A DNA stretch of 64,000 nt from the human T2T-CHM13v2.0 reference genome, Homo sapiens: assembly GCF_009914755.1 (NCBI RefSeq), contig NC_060943.1; one strand, written 5' to 3'. The notes beneath the pieces were generated by a model. That model saw only the letters and a list, made by a program, of their open reading frames with translations. It made no database searches and was not told the DNA's origin. Both the position numbers and the translations under genes were made by a program. Positions 25,291 to 51,388 of the stretch are shown piece by piece (positions within the stretch are counted from its first letter, which is position 1; each line of letters opens with the position of its first letter).

Positions 25291-25434
25291 TTTCATCCCA
25301 GAAAATAAAAACACATCAACAATGAAATGAAATTGTTAAATGTGTGAAAAAACTGGAATTATAGGGCAGCATGGTTGTTTTTTTTTTGTTTTATTTTGTT
25401 GTTTTTGTTTTTGTTGTTGTTGTTTTTGAGATAG

Positions 25435-25842
<408 letters not shown>

Positions 25843-26290
25843 TGAAATGGAGCCCCAGAGTGGATCAGCACCTGATGATGAGGGAGAGACATTGAAGGAT
25901 TTAACTCTGGGAGCTCAACTTGCCCTCCTCTGCACAGTGTAGAAACACTCTTTCCTTCAAGACTTTAAACGTTAATGACTTAAAAGCTCCAATCGGAAGC
26001 CGAAACATTAGGGAATGAATTTGAAAACATGAGGGTTTCCCCATATTTCTATGAAGCAAAAGTAGAAAACCTAAAACCACCATGAACTGGAAGCTGGAAC
26101 TAATGGCTAAAAAAGAAAGGAGTCAAACATCAGGTGTCATTCCATGAAATAAAATCTTTATTCAATTTGTAAAAATGGTAGTGTTTCCAGACAGGAAAAA
26201 TGGGCATGTTTGGAAAATAAGGAAAAGAAATGATATCTGATTATAGCTAACAAATAAATGATACTCTTGCCTTCAAAAATCACACAAAGA

Positions 26291-26298
26291 CACACACA

Positions 26299-26358
<60 letters not shown>
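26291..26358. repeat. Compound (CA)n(GA)n microsatellite
   Basis: Seen directly. Confidence 0.95.
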
Positions 26359-26360
<2 letters not shown>

Positions 26361-26547
26361 TATCCTATCACCTAGCACTTTGGGAGGCCGAGGCAGGCGG
26401 ATCACAAGTTCAGGAGTTGGAGATCAGCCTGGCCAGTATGGTGAAACTCCGTCTCTACTAAAAATACAAAAATTAGCTGGGCATGGTGGGGCGCTGTGGC
26501 TCACGCCTGTAATCCCAGCACTTTGGGAGGCCAAGGCGGGCAGATCA

Positions 26548-26802
<255 letters not shown>

Positions 26803-27823
26803 TTATCCATGACCTGCTTAATGAGAAGCTGGATTTGAAGGTCTGTAGTTTCCTGTGAAAGTTTGAGAAGTGCATCTGACAGTGATTAGTGATTCAGCCC
26901 AAAGGGTATTTCATACTCCTCACCGGTGAGATAATTGAATTCACAGAGTATCTGAGGTAGGGGAGATCCAGTGGGCTGTGAGGGGCTGGGGCTGGAACTG
27001 AAAGCAAAGACTGGCGAGACATCCCGAAGAAGACAATGTGGGCCGGGCGTGGTGGCTCACAGCTGTAATCCCAGCACTTTGGAAGGCTGAGGTGGGTGGA
27101 TCACAAGGTCAGGAGTTCGAGACCAGGCTGGCCAACATGGTGAAACCCCGTCTCTACTAAAAATACAAAAATTAGCTGGGCATGGTGGTGCGCACCTGTA
27201 GTCCCAGCTACTAGGGAGGCTGAGGCAGGAGAATCGCTTGTACCTGGGAGGTGGAGGTTGCACTCCAGCCTGGGTGACAGAGCGAGACTCCGTCTCAAAA
27301 AAAAAAAAAGAAAAGAAAAAAAAGAAGACAATGTGGATGAAAGCGAGGCCACTTTACCAACACTGGTATGGCCTGGCTCGCTGATCCTCACTATGGGAAC
27401 GACCACTCATGATAACTGACCAGGAGTGTCTGTGGGCCATTTATCACCACACTCAGGCCCCAGAGCATGCGCACTCCAACCAATCCTCGCAACTTGGAAT
27501 GAGAGAAAATAGGCACACAGAGAAGTGAGGAAATGGAGGCCCTGTTTGTTGAGCTGGGGAGGAATGGGATATGATGGAGGTGAAATGTTTCTGCTTTCCT
27601 TGAGGGCCAAAAGACATTATAGGCCATGTGAGACAGAGATGGGCCACACTGTTCAGTTTGGCAGGGATATTCAGTACCTGCCATACTGTCAGTGGAAAGT
27701 CACAACAAATACCAAAATGTCATCTTTCAAAGGATCCTTGCTTGCACAATTTTAAAACCAGGCCAGGGGTGGTGGCTCATGCCTGTAATCCCAGCACTTT
27801 GGGAGGCTGAGTCGGGTGGATCA

Positions 27824-28421
<598 letters not shown>

Positions 28422-28934
28422 CTAGCACTTTGGGAGGTCTAGGTAGGCGGATCACCTGAGGTTAGGAGTTTGAGACCAGGCTGACCAACATGGAGAAACC
28501 TCGTCTCTACTAAAAATACAAAATTAGCCGGTCGTGGTGGCACATGCCTGTAATCCCAGCTACTCAGGAGGCTGAGGCAGGAGAATCGCTTGAACCTGGG
28601 AGGCGGAGGTTGTGGTGAGCCAAGATTGTACCATTGCACCATTGCACACCAGCCTGGGCAACAAGAGCGAAACTCTGTCTCAAAAAAAAAAAAATCTGTC
28701 TATATTTTCAATAAGCAGGTAGTGTGACAGGTTAAGGAGGACAGAAAAAAATAAAAATGGATGCGGAACTTACCCATGATATCACAGCCTTACGCTGGAA
28801 GATGGTGGTTTCTTTTTCTTCTTTCTCTTTTTTTTTTTTTTTTTTTTGAGACAGGGTCTCATTCCCACACCTAGGCTGGAGTGCGGTGGTATGATCCTGG
28901 CTCACTGCGGCCTTGACCTCTGGAGCACAGGTGA

Positions 28935-29132
<198 letters not shown>

Positions 29133-29135
29133 TAG

Positions 29136-29367
<232 letters not shown>

Positions 29368-30810
29368 ACTGGAGGTCTCAGCACAACCCTGAGAAATCCA
29401 CACCCTAGAAACAATGTGTGAATGTTAATGCCACCCTTACTACAACATGGAACTTTTTATTTTTCTTACTGGAAAATGGCTAAAAACAGTTTATTGGAGG
29501 ACTTTATTTTTAAAGAGTTGGGGTCTCACTCTGTGGCCCAGGCTGGAGTGCAGTTGTGTGATCATAGCTTACCGTAACCTGAAACTCCTGGGCTCAAGTG
29601 ATTTTTCCCAACTCAGCCTCCCAAACAGCTGGAGGACTTTTATACAGGAGAATATAGATAGAAGTAAAGGAAACTCAGTTTGGTTTCATTTATATAATTT
29701 AACTTTTCCTAGGTTAAGAAAGCAATAAAGTCTATAAACCTTAAATGGATTTCCCTGAATATGAAAAGTGCAAGAAATAAATTCTACAAATGGAAAGACG
29801 TAGGAGTAATTGAAGTGGTACGAAGAAGTCTCCTTGAGAAGGTGACATTTAATGTGAGACCTGAAATGTATATTAGTGTAAAAACTCAGGGCACAGCCGG
29901 GGAGGGTGGCTCATACCTGTAATCCCAGCACTTTGAGATGCTGAGACAGGAGGATCACTGGAGGCCAGGAGTTTGAGACCACCCTGGGTAACATAGCAAA
30001 ACAACTTCTCTACAAAATAATGAAAAAATTAGGTAGGCAAAGCAACACAAGCCTGGGCATGATAGTCACAGATCAGGAGGCTAACGTGGTTAGAATGTTT
30101 GCACCCAGAAGGTCAAGGCTGCAGTGAGCCATCATCAGGCCACTGCACTCCATCCTGGGCAACAGAGCCAGAAACGGTCTCAAAACAAAAACAAAAACAG
30201 TCAACCAAGAAGTCAATATCTGGCAACAGTGTCTTTCAAAAGTGAGGAAGAGGCAGGGCACGGTGGCTCACAGCTGTAATCCCAACACTTTGGGAGGCTG
30301 AGGCTGGCGGATCACCTGAGGTCAGGAGTTTGAAACCAGCCTGGCCACCATGGTGAAACCCCATCTCTACTAAAAATACAAAAATTAGGCAGGCATGGTG
30401 GCGCACACCTGTATTCTCAGCTACTCAGGGGGCTGAGGCAAGAGAATAGCTTGAACCCGGGAGGCAGGGGTTTCTGTGAGCCGAGATCACGCCACTGTAC
30501 TTCAGCCTGGGCGACAAAGGGAGACTCCATTTCAGAAAAAAAAAAAAAAAAAAAAACAGGAAGAAATTAAGAAATTTTCACATAAACAAAAACTGAAGTA
30601 GTTTTTTTTGTTGTTGTTTTTTTAAATTTTGTTTTGTTTTTTCAATCATTAGAGGTGTTCTGCATGAAATGCAAAGGGTGCCCTGGAGGGTGAAATTGAA
30701 GTACACTAGACAGTATTGGGAGGCCTTATGTGAAAATAAAAATCTCAGTAAAAACAAATACATGGACAATGATAAAAGCTAGTATTATTGTACAATAATT
30801 TTGAACTTCA

Positions 30811-31294
<484 letters not shown>

Positions 31295-31913
31295 TTAAAA
31301 GAGGTGTGAATGAACCTATAATGGTGTAGCATTTTGGTATGTTATTGAAGTTAAATTGGCATCAATTTAGAGTGTTGTAACTTTAGGATAGTAAATGTAA
31401 TCTCCATGGCAATTATAAACAATACAGCAAGAGCATATACACAAAACAAAATAAGAAGGAAATTTAAATGTTTCACTACAAAAAGCAACTAAAAGCAAAA
31501 GAACACAGTAATACAGGAAATGAGGGACAAAAAAGCTATAAGGAATACAGAAAACAAACAGCAGAATGCCGGAAGATCCTCCTTATCAGAAATTACTTTA
31601 AATGTTAATGCATTAAACTCTTCAATCAAAAGATAAGACATCTGACATTTAATTTGAAAACATGAGGATTTCCCCATATTTTTATAAAGTGGAAGTACCA
31701 GATATAAAAGCATTATGAACTGGAAGCTGGAACCCACGGCTAAGAAGAAAGGAGCCAAACATCAGATGTCATTAGATGAAACAAAATCTTTAGTCAACTT
31801 GTAAAAACTGTAATGTTTTCTGCCGCGACATGTGGGCATGTTAGGAAAATAAGAAAAAAAAATGATGTCTGAGTATAACTAATGAATAAATGATACTATT
31901 TCCTTAGGGAACT

Positions 31914-31944
31914 ACACACAGACACAGACACAGACACAGACACA

Positions 31945-31997
<53 letters not shown>

Positions 31998-32000
31998 ACA
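31914..32000. repeat. (GACACA)n(CA)n microsatellite
   Basis: Seen directly. Confidence 0.95.
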
Positions 32001-32209
32001 GTCTAAGATCACAGGACATTGTTCCTTCCCTGAAAAATAAACTACTGCTCTGTAAGATGCTCCACTCCTCACTCCTCACATTAACTGCTCCTGGAATAAT
32101 GTCATATTTTGTTGTTTGCAGATAGGCATTAAAAGAGGGTGTAGCGGGCTGGGCGCGGTGGCTCATGCCTGTAATCCAAGCACTTTGGGAGGCCGAGGAG
32201 GGTGGATCA

Positions 32210-33066
<857 letters not shown>

Positions 33067-33286
33067 TCAGGGGTTCACTTACAGACTTTGTATGTTTTTA
33101 CAAACTGCAGCAATTAAGTCGTCAATTACTGTGTTGATTTAAATACATATAAAAACTTTCAGACAAAAATAGACGTTCACATTACCATGATGAAAAAAAG
33201 TCAGTAATGGTGATTCCTCTGTGAAACTAGAAAAGAAATCCAGTGGTTAAACTTGGCAGCTCCAAGGGTATCACTGCCCCCTAGGA

Positions 33287-33749
33287 CAGTGGTCCCCAAC
33301 CTTTTTGGTAGCAGGGACCAGTTTCATGGAAGACAACTTTTCCACAGACTGCGGGGGAGGGGTGCGGTTTTGGGAGGATTCAGCTGCATTAAATCTATTG
33401 TGCACTTTATTTCTATTATTATTACATTGTAATATATGATGAAATAATTATACAACTCACCATAATGTAGAATCAGTGAGAGCCCTGAGCTTGTTTTCCT
33501 ACAACTAGATGGTCTCATCTGGAGGTGACGGGAGACACTGACAGATCATCAGGCATTAGATTCTCATAAGGGGCGTGCAACCTAAATCCCTCACATGCAC
33601 AGTTCACAACAGGGTTCGTGCTCCTATGAGAATCTAATGCTACTGCTGATGTGACAGGAGGCAGAGTTCCGGCAGTAACGTGAGTGGCCCAGTTCCTAAC
33701 AGGCCATGGACCTATTACTGATCCGTTGCCCAGGGGTTAGGGACCCCTG
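33287..33749 (+). mobile_element. MER1A-type hAT-Charlie DNA transposon
   Basis: TIRs cagtggtccccaacc / ggttagggacccctg and 8-bp TSD ccctagga / ccctaggc. Confidence 0.88.
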
Positions 33750-33779
33750 CCCTAGGCAACATCTTGAAGATCTATTTGA

Positions 33780-34093
<314 letters not shown>

Positions 34094-34188
34094 TGAAATA
34101 CATTTCAATACAAGTTATTCCCCTGAATAAAGAATCAGCTCTTATCAAAGCCTAAAGTGATCAAATGCTTGCCAAAAGCTGCCGTTGA

Positions 34189-34371
<183 letters not shown>

Positions 34372-34519
34372 TAATTTTTGTATATTTTAGTAGAGATGGG
34401 GTTTCACCATGTTGGCCAGGCTGGTTTTGAACTCCTGACCACAAGTGATCTGCCCGCCTCGGCCTCACAAAATGCTGGGATTACAGGCATGAGCCACTGC
34501 GCCCGTCAATCCAGTTTTG

Positions 34520-35810
<1,291 letters not shown>

Positions 35811-35875
35811 ACGGCCGGGCGCGATGGCTCACGCCTATAATCCCAGCACTTTAGGAGGCCAAGGTTGGTGGATCA

Positions 35876-36169
<294 letters not shown>

Positions 36170-37020
36170 CTATCTAACCACGTCTTTTATTACCTGAGCA
36201 CTCTATGTTCCATGGACCAACACGATGACACGTGGGAGCAAGTTAGAAACGTGGACTCTCACACTCTGTCCCTAATCTGCTGAGCCAGAAGCTGAATTTG
36301 AGGATCTATAGTTCCCTGTGAAATTTCAGAAGTGCGTCTTACAAGTTTCCCCCTTAACCTGACCCAGCCATAAGGGTATTGCATATTCCTCACCACTAGG
36401 GTATTTGAATTAACAGAACATCTCAGGTGGGGGCAGCAAGGGGCTGGGGCTGGGGCTGGAACTGGGAGAGGAGACAAGTGAGACATCCTTAAGAAGATGA
36501 TGTGGCGAGGGCGAGGCCGCCTTCCCAGCACTGCTATGTCCTGGCCCACTGCTCTTGAAGTGCAGGAATGGCCACTCACGGGAACTGATCAGGAGGATGC
36601 ATGTGTGCTCAGCAATGTGCTGAGGCTGTAGCGCTTGCACATGGCCACCCATGTGCTCAGTCTGGGAGTTTGGTATTCAGGGAAGCGTGTGCACCAGCAG
36701 GCAGCAAAAGTATGTGGGTCCTCCTTGCCAGCCAGCCCATACTGCTCGGGGATGGGCTGAAAGTGATGGAGAAGAAGGGTTTTCTTTGCTCCAAGAGGCC
36801 AGTGGTAAAGTCACAACAAACACCAAAATGTCATGTTTCATAAGCTCTTTAGCTATACAGCAATTTTAAAACCATCTAAGAATTAAACATATTTCTGGGC
36901 ACAGTGGCTCACACTTGCAATCCCAGCACTTTCAGAGGCTTAGGTTGGAGGATCGCTTGAGGCCAGGAGCTAGAGGCCAGCTTGGGCAACAAAGTGAGAC
37001 CCCCATCTCTAAAAAAAAAA

Positions 37021-37132
37021 TATATATATATATATATACACACATATATATATACACATATATATGTATGTGTATATATATATGTATATATATATGTATG
37101 TGTGTGTATATATATATACATGTATATATATA
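37021..37132. repeat. (TA)/(TG)/(CA) microsatellite expanded from an Alu mid-A linker
   Basis: Lies between the left and right arms of an AluJ-like element. Confidence 0.9.
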
Positions 37133-37422
37133 TTAGCAAGGCGTGGCAGGGTGTGCCTCTAGTTCCAGTTACTTGGGAGGCTGAGGCAAGAGGATGCCCT
37201 GAGCCCAGGTTCGAGGTTACAGTGAGCTATGATCATGCCACTGTACTCTATCCTGGTGAGACAAAATGAGACCCTATCTCTAAACAGAAAAATAAAAGAA
37301 GAGGCAATTAAACCTAAGTGTCTTTTAGAAATACACTTCAATGCTGGGCACGGTGGCTCACGCCTGTAATCCCAACAGTTTGGGAGGCCGAAGCGGGTGG
37401 ATCACCCGAGGTCACGAGTTTA

Positions 37423-37716
<294 letters not shown>

Positions 37717-38563
37717 CTATTAAGAAAACACTATTCGACTTATGAACCTTTATGTGAAGAAAACTTGCAAAAATATCTCACATCAATTTTTGTATGAAAG
37801 TAAGAAGTAGGATTCATAGTGTAGATTCATGTTAAGAATGAGGCACTGGTAAAGAGAAAGAGAATAGAGTTATACGTTTTCATTTCTTTCCTATTGCAAA
37901 TTCTCTGGAGCATTATACATGTCTTAATTTTAATCAGATTTTCCTAAATTACTTACATTTATAGCATTTCTAGACAGCAGGGGTTGGGATGAAGAAACTT
38001 CAATCCAGCAAAGTTTGTATATATACATTCATGGAGGTGACATTTAAGTCATTTCATTAGGAAACTCTTTATTTTTTATTTTTTATTTTTTTGAGACGGA
38101 GTGTTGCTCTGTCACCCAGGCTAGAGTGCAGTGGCACTATCTCGGCTCACCACAATCTCCGCCTCCCGAGTTCAAGCAATTCTCCTGCCTCAGTCTCCCG
38201 AGTAACCTCCTGAGTACAGGCACCCGCTACTCCGCCCGGCTAATTTTTGTATTTTTAGTAGAGACGGGGTTTCACCATGTTGGCCAGGCTGGTCTCGAAC
38301 TCCTGACCTCGTGATCTACCCACCTCGGCCTCCCAAAGTGCTGAGATTACAGGCATTAGCCACTGTGCCTGGCCCATTAGGAAACTCTTAAAGTTGTCTG
38401 CAGATAGATACTGCACATGGAATTAGTCCTAGTCCTTGGAAAGTTATATGATTTTAATTCAATAGTGTATATTACTGTGAATACCGTATATGTTTCATCT
38501 CTAAGCAGGAAATTGAATCCATTAACAGTGTTAATAGTTTTGGGTTTTTTTTTTTTTTTTTAG

Positions 38564-38725
<162 letters not shown>

Positions 38726-40066
38726 TAGAGATGAGGTTTCGCCATGTTGCCCAGGCTGGTCTCGAACTCCTGGGCTCAAGCGATCCATCCACCTCAGCCT
38801 CCCAAAGTGCTGGGATGACAGGCATGAGCCACCACACCTGGCCAACAGTGTTAATAGTTTTCCAGTTGTTTTGTCTTTAGTTTCCCAAGCAATGAATGCT
38901 ATTATGGTCAAACATCATACTTGCTTCTTCCATCCCTTTCAACATATTGATCATTGCTTTTTTTTTGATATTAAGTAATAGAGGTTATTGTAATAAGTGA
39001 TTGGAGTGAAACAGACATATTTGCTTTTGCTAGGTTCTGTTCCTCCTTTCACTGGGAAGCCCCTCACCCAGTCCCTCATCATGCTCTGCTCCAAAACACA
39101 CCTTAACCAGAATCCAACAATGTTCATGTTCAAAATGAAAGACAAAACAAATATTTTCCTAGGCTTAAAAATATGAACATTGAGAGAATTTTTCCTGGCA
39201 CACCAGCCCTACAAGACCAAAGTTGCCAGGTGCGGTGGCTCGCGTCTGTAATCTCAGCACTTTGGGAGGCCGAGGCTGGTGGATCACTAGAGGTCAGGAG
39301 TTTGAGAGCAGCCTGGCAAACATGGCAAAACCCTGTCTCTACAAAAAAAAAAAAAAAATACAAAAATTAGCTGGGTGTGGTGGCACACGCCTGTAGTCCC
39401 AGCTACTTGGGGGGCTGAGGCAGGACAATCATTTGAACCCGGCAGGTGGAGGTTGCAGTGGCCAAGATAGAGCCACTGCACTCCAGCCTGGGACAATAGA
39501 GGAAGACTCCATCTCAAAAAAAAAAAAATTATTGAGTCTGTCAAAATCCACAGGAAAAAGCAGAGAGCACCATGCAAGACTATATAAGTGGAAAAGACAA
39601 ACTGAATATGTGTTTCTTCACCTTTCTCCTTGTTATGGATTTACAAGTCAATTGTGTAAAGTAATAAGTAGTAATGGATTGTTAGGCCTACAACATAGAA
39701 AAATTTAACATACATGTATTATATTTATAAATAACACCATAAAAACTGAACTAAATGACTACCAGTGGAAAAGTAATAATTATAAGAATATATTGTTGAA
39801 TGTGGAACACTGAGTTGTTACATATGCAACAAAGTACCCCAGAAAGGCAAAAACATAATAGAGCTATAGAGGACAAATATGTGTGTACATCACTGAAATT
39901 TAACCACATATTACTGGAGAACTGAGCCTGATTTTGATAAACTAACATTTACATGACAAACACTAGAGTAATCACTACAAAATCTTAGAACAAATGTAAT
40001 GAAAAATAAATCATCCTACATTGGAAAGATATACTGGGTGAAGGCAGAATTTACTGTGCTTCCTTA

Positions 40067-40394
<328 letters not shown>

Positions 40395-40411
40395 CTACAT
40401 TCATTCCTTCT

Positions 40412-40464
40412 AACCTCTAACACAGGTAAAACCTCTAACACAGGTAAAACCTCTAACACAGGTA
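40412..40464. repeat. 18-bp tandem repeat x3 (aacctctaacacaggtaa)
   Basis: Seen directly. A fourth dispersed copy is at about 40619-40635. Confidence 0.9.
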
Positions 40465-41213
40465 CATTCATTCCATAACATATGGGGAGAAGATTTCCCT
40501 CATTCATCTAACGTGGAAATTTCCATGTTATATCATATATTTCCACTTCAACCTTGACTCTACTACTAAAATCAGGAAATTCTTGTGCATGTCATGATCT
40601 CTTTCTATCCATTTCTTCAACCTCTAACACAGGTACAGAATTACAGGTTAATCATCTCTTTTTCTGCATTGCATTTTCTCAATTTTCTATTATTAGGGAG
40701 ATCTTTTCCACTTTATTATTTTTAGTTTGTGCTACTTAACTTTCTCATATTTTGGAAGATTAGTCAGGAACAAAACTTTTAAGTGGCTCAATTATGTGTT
40801 TGTTTTGTTTTGTTTGTTTGTTTTTGAAACAGGGTCTCATTCTCTCACCCAGGCTGGAGTGCAGTGAAACAATCTCAGCTCACTGCAGCCTCCGCCTCCT
40901 GGGCTCAAACGATTCTCATGCCTTAGCCTCCTGAGCAGCTGGGACCACAGGCATGCGCCACCACGCCCTGCTTTTTCTTTTTTTTTTCTTTGAGACGGAG
41001 TCTCACTCTGTCGCCCAGGCTGGAGTGCAGTGGCACGATCTCGGCTCACTGCAAGCTCTGCCTCCCGGGTTCACGCCATTCTCGTCTCAGCCTCCTGAGT
41101 AGCTGGGACTACAGGCGCCCACCACCATGCCCGGCTAATTTTTTGTATTTTTTTTAGTGGAGATGGGGTTTCACCGTGTTGGCCAGGATGGTCTCGATCT
41201 CCTGACCTCGTGA

Positions 41214-41507
<294 letters not shown>

Positions 41508-42051
41508 TGACCTCGTGATCTGCCCGCCTCAGCCTCCCAAAGTGCTGGGATTACAGGCGAGAGCCACTGCGCCCAGGCTTTTGTTGTTGTTGTTGTTTTG
41601 GTAGACAGGCTTTCACCATGTTGCCCACGCTGGTCTTGAACTCATGAACTCAAGCGATCCACCCGGCTTGGCCTCCCAAAGTGTTGGGATTACAGGCGTG
41701 GGCCACCGCCTTGCCTGGCCTCAATTATGTTTATGAATGTTGTGAAGTAGAAATTAATATTACCCCTTCAAATAAACAGGAAGGTGTTAGCATACCACAC
41801 GGGTCCAAAGTGAGTATGGTTCAGATTGGGAACAAAGCTGTGTGGCAGTAGCTGACCTAAGCCTGGGATCAAATCTAAAGGTTGCCTGAGAGAAACAGGG
41901 ACTGCGTAGGAACAGGTCTTCCATGAACACAGGAAAATGAACAAACTTAGTGCTGCAGACAAGGAGGAATGTGGCCCAGCGCTGCTTGGTAAGTTCATGG
42001 TCCAAGGGAGTCTTTGCACTTCTGTGGCTTTTTTTTTTTTTTTTTTTTTGA

Positions 42052-42261
<210 letters not shown>

Positions 42262-42398
42262 TGACCTCGTGATCCGCATGCCTCGGCCTCCCGAAGTGCT
42301 GGGATTACAGGCGTGAGCCACCGCACCCGGCCCACTTCTGTGGCTTCCCCCCGCCGCCATTTTCTCATGGTGCCAAAATTCACATAAGATAGAATTTA

Positions 42399-42674
<276 letters not shown>

Positions 42675-42691
42675 TCAAAAAAAAAAAAAAA

Positions 42692-46103
<3,412 letters not shown>

Positions 46104-46235
46104 TATTTGAAAGAAACTGAGGCTTAAAATTAAGGCTTTACTATGTGTTTACATTCATAGGGTTTATCTCCAATGAGAATTATTTCTATCTGAAATGAAA
46201 TAACATTAAAGAATACTTCCCTACATTTCACACAT

Positions 46236-46940
<705 letters not shown>

Positions 46941-48180
46941 TCATATTGTTTCTCTCCAGTGAGTCTTTTCATGTCTTTGACATACACTGGGATAAACAAA
47001 GGCTTTCCCACATACCTTGCATTTATTCGGCCCATCTCCCGTATGCATTACCATATGTCTTCGAAAGCTTGAGCTATGAGATAACGCTTTCCCACACTGC
47101 TTGCATTCATAGGGTTTCTCTCCACTGTGAGACTTTTCGTGTCTTTGACATACACTAGGATAAACAAAAGCTTTCCCACATATCTTGCATTTATGAGGTC
47201 CACCTCCAGTGTGCATTATCATGTGTCTTCGAAAGCTTGAGCTATGAGATAACGTTTTCCCACACTGCTTGCATTCATAGGGTTTCTCTCCAGTGTGAAT
47301 TCGTTCATGATATCGAACTAAACTGGGACGATCAAAGCCTTTCCCACATATCTTACATTTATGAGGTCGATCTCCAGTGTGCCTTTTCATGTGTATCTGA
47401 AAGCTTCCAAGATGATGAAATGTTTTCCCGCATTGCTTACACTCATAGGGTTTCTCTGCACTGTGAGTGGTTTCATGTCTTCGAAGGGAACTGGAAACAC
47501 TGAAGGCTTTCCCACACTGTTTACATGTATATGGTTTCTCTCCAGTGTGAGTTCTTTCATGTCTTATATAGGAACTGGAATCAGGCAAGGCTTTAGAACA
47601 CTGCTTACATTCATACGGTTTCTCCCCAGTGTGCATTCTCTCATGTCTTCGATAGGAACTGTAAAAAGGAAAGGCTTTAGAACACTGCTTACATTCATAC
47701 GGTTTCTCTCCAGTGTGAGTTCTTTCATGCATACGTAATAAACTGGGCCAAAAAAAAGCTTTCCCACACAACTTACATTTATAAGGTCTATTTCCACCTT
47801 GCACTACCATGTGTCTTCGAAGGTTTCTACGAGAACTGAAGGTTTTTCCACATTCCTTACACTCATAGCGTTTCTTTCCAGTGTGAGGCCTTCCACGCGA
47901 CTGAAAGGAGTGATGGTAACTGAAGGCTTTCCCACGTTGTTTATGTGTATGTGGCTTCTCTCCATATTCCTGATACTCATGTGGTTTGTGTCCAGAATCA
48001 ACTCTGATGTGGCTATTAAGGGATAAATGACCCATTATGACTTCTTCACACTCAGCGCTTTGACATGGATCTTCTCCAGGACAAATGCTGTTGTTCACAA
48101 TACTATCTCGAATGAGGCTAAATGTTTCTCCACACTGACTACTGTCTTTACTTTCACTGAATCTCTCTACCATATGACAT
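46941..48180 (-). CDS. ZNF563: ZNF563 terminal exon: spacer, two degenerate fingers and 10 intact C2H2 fingers
   Basis: 410-aa ORF with AG at 48181-48182. Spliced CDS 3+127+61+1240=1431 nt, giving 476 aa, which matches ZNF563 as I recall it. Confidence 0.93.
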
Positions 48181-48250
48181 CTGTAAAAAATGAGTAGTAC
48201 GTTACTAAATAGTTGTTTCTAAATGATTATTTATTTATGTGTATTAATAG

Positions 48251-48430
<180 letters not shown>

Positions 48431-48795
48431 TAATTTTGTATTTCTAGTAGAGACAGGGTTTCGCCATGCTGGCCAGGCTGTTCTCGAACTTCTGACCTCG
48501 TGATCCACCCCCCCCTTGGCCTCCCAAAGTGCTGGGATTACAGAAGTGAGTCACTGCGCCTGGCCAGATATACCTTTTTATCATTACCATGCAAAGTGTA
48601 GGCTTCATGCCCTGTTTGAACATGAATGAACTGAATGCTATGCAAGACAACCCAACACCAGCTGGGTTTTTTTTTTTTCCTTTTCTTTTTAATTAATTAA
48701 TTTATTTTTTGAAACAGTATCTTGCTTTGTCACCAGGCTGGAGTGCAGTAGCAGAACGATGGTTCATGCAACCTTGACCTCCTGAACTCAAGTGA

Positions 48796-49154
<359 letters not shown>

Positions 49155-49620
49155 TAAATTCTTATAAAATGTTTTAGGAGGAAATTTTTTAAGAATAAAT
49201 AAATTTAGGCTGGTGCAGTGACTCACACCTGTAATCCCAGCATTTGGGGAGGCCAAGGCAGGCAGATTGCTTGAGCCCAGGAATTCAAGACCAGCCTGGG
49301 AAACATGCCAAAACCCTGTCTCTACAAAAAATACAAAAATTAACGAGGTGTGGTGGCTTGCACGTGTAGTCCTGGCTACTCAGGAGGCTCTGGTGGGAGG
49401 GTCACATGAACCTGGGAGGTCGAGTCTTCAGTGAGCCAAGATCATGCCACTGCACTCCAGCCTGGGCAACAGAGCAAGGCCCTGACTAAAAAAAAAAGTT
49501 AATTTAAAAAATTAAAAAATAAATTTAAGCTGGACTTGTTCATTTTCTTTGTTTTTAAAATTTCCTTTTACTCTGAGAATCACTTCAGAAACATAACTTT
49601 CTCCTGTGAGTGCAAATTAC

Positions 49621-49681
49621 CTTAGATTTCTCCTAGGATTTTTGTACTGATCTTCAGTATTCTGTTCTTCCCATATCATTC
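49621..49681 (-). CDS. ZNF563: ZNF563 KRAB-B exon (61 nt), RMIWEEQNTEDQYKNPRRNLR
   Basis: AG/GT-flanked and in phase. Confidence 0.93.
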
Positions 49682-49739
49682 CTAAAAGGGAGACCCAGAA
49701 AATCACTATACATTATTAGAAAATTATATAAAACAGTAA

Positions 49740-50835
<1,096 letters not shown>

Positions 50836-50838
50836 TCA

Positions 50839-51114
<276 letters not shown>

Positions 51115-51388
51115 CTATACTCAGTTCATAAACTTCATATGATGCTGTGCTTTCCAAGCATTTATTCAATGATGTAGTAAACTCTCTCATATTCTCTTTA
51201 CACTCACTTTCTCTCACACAGCCATTTTGATGGTAGAATTCAACATGTTTGGTAAAGTTACAGTTGAATAGGAACAGGTCTCTTCTTGGTGAGTTAAATG
51301 AGTCTTATTGCCTGCATCACCCTAATGTCTATTTCTGTAGTAGGTTGTAGTTCTTGTCAAAGTCCTACTGACAAAGTCCTACTACCTA

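Noticed and set aside
36259-36652. Receptor or kinase pseudogene assignment for the duplicated block
   Set aside because: No transmembrane pattern or family motif that I could support, so left unassigned.
40412-40635. CRISPR-like spaced repeats
   Set aside because: Eukaryotic context, tandem units without unique spacers, and no cas genes.
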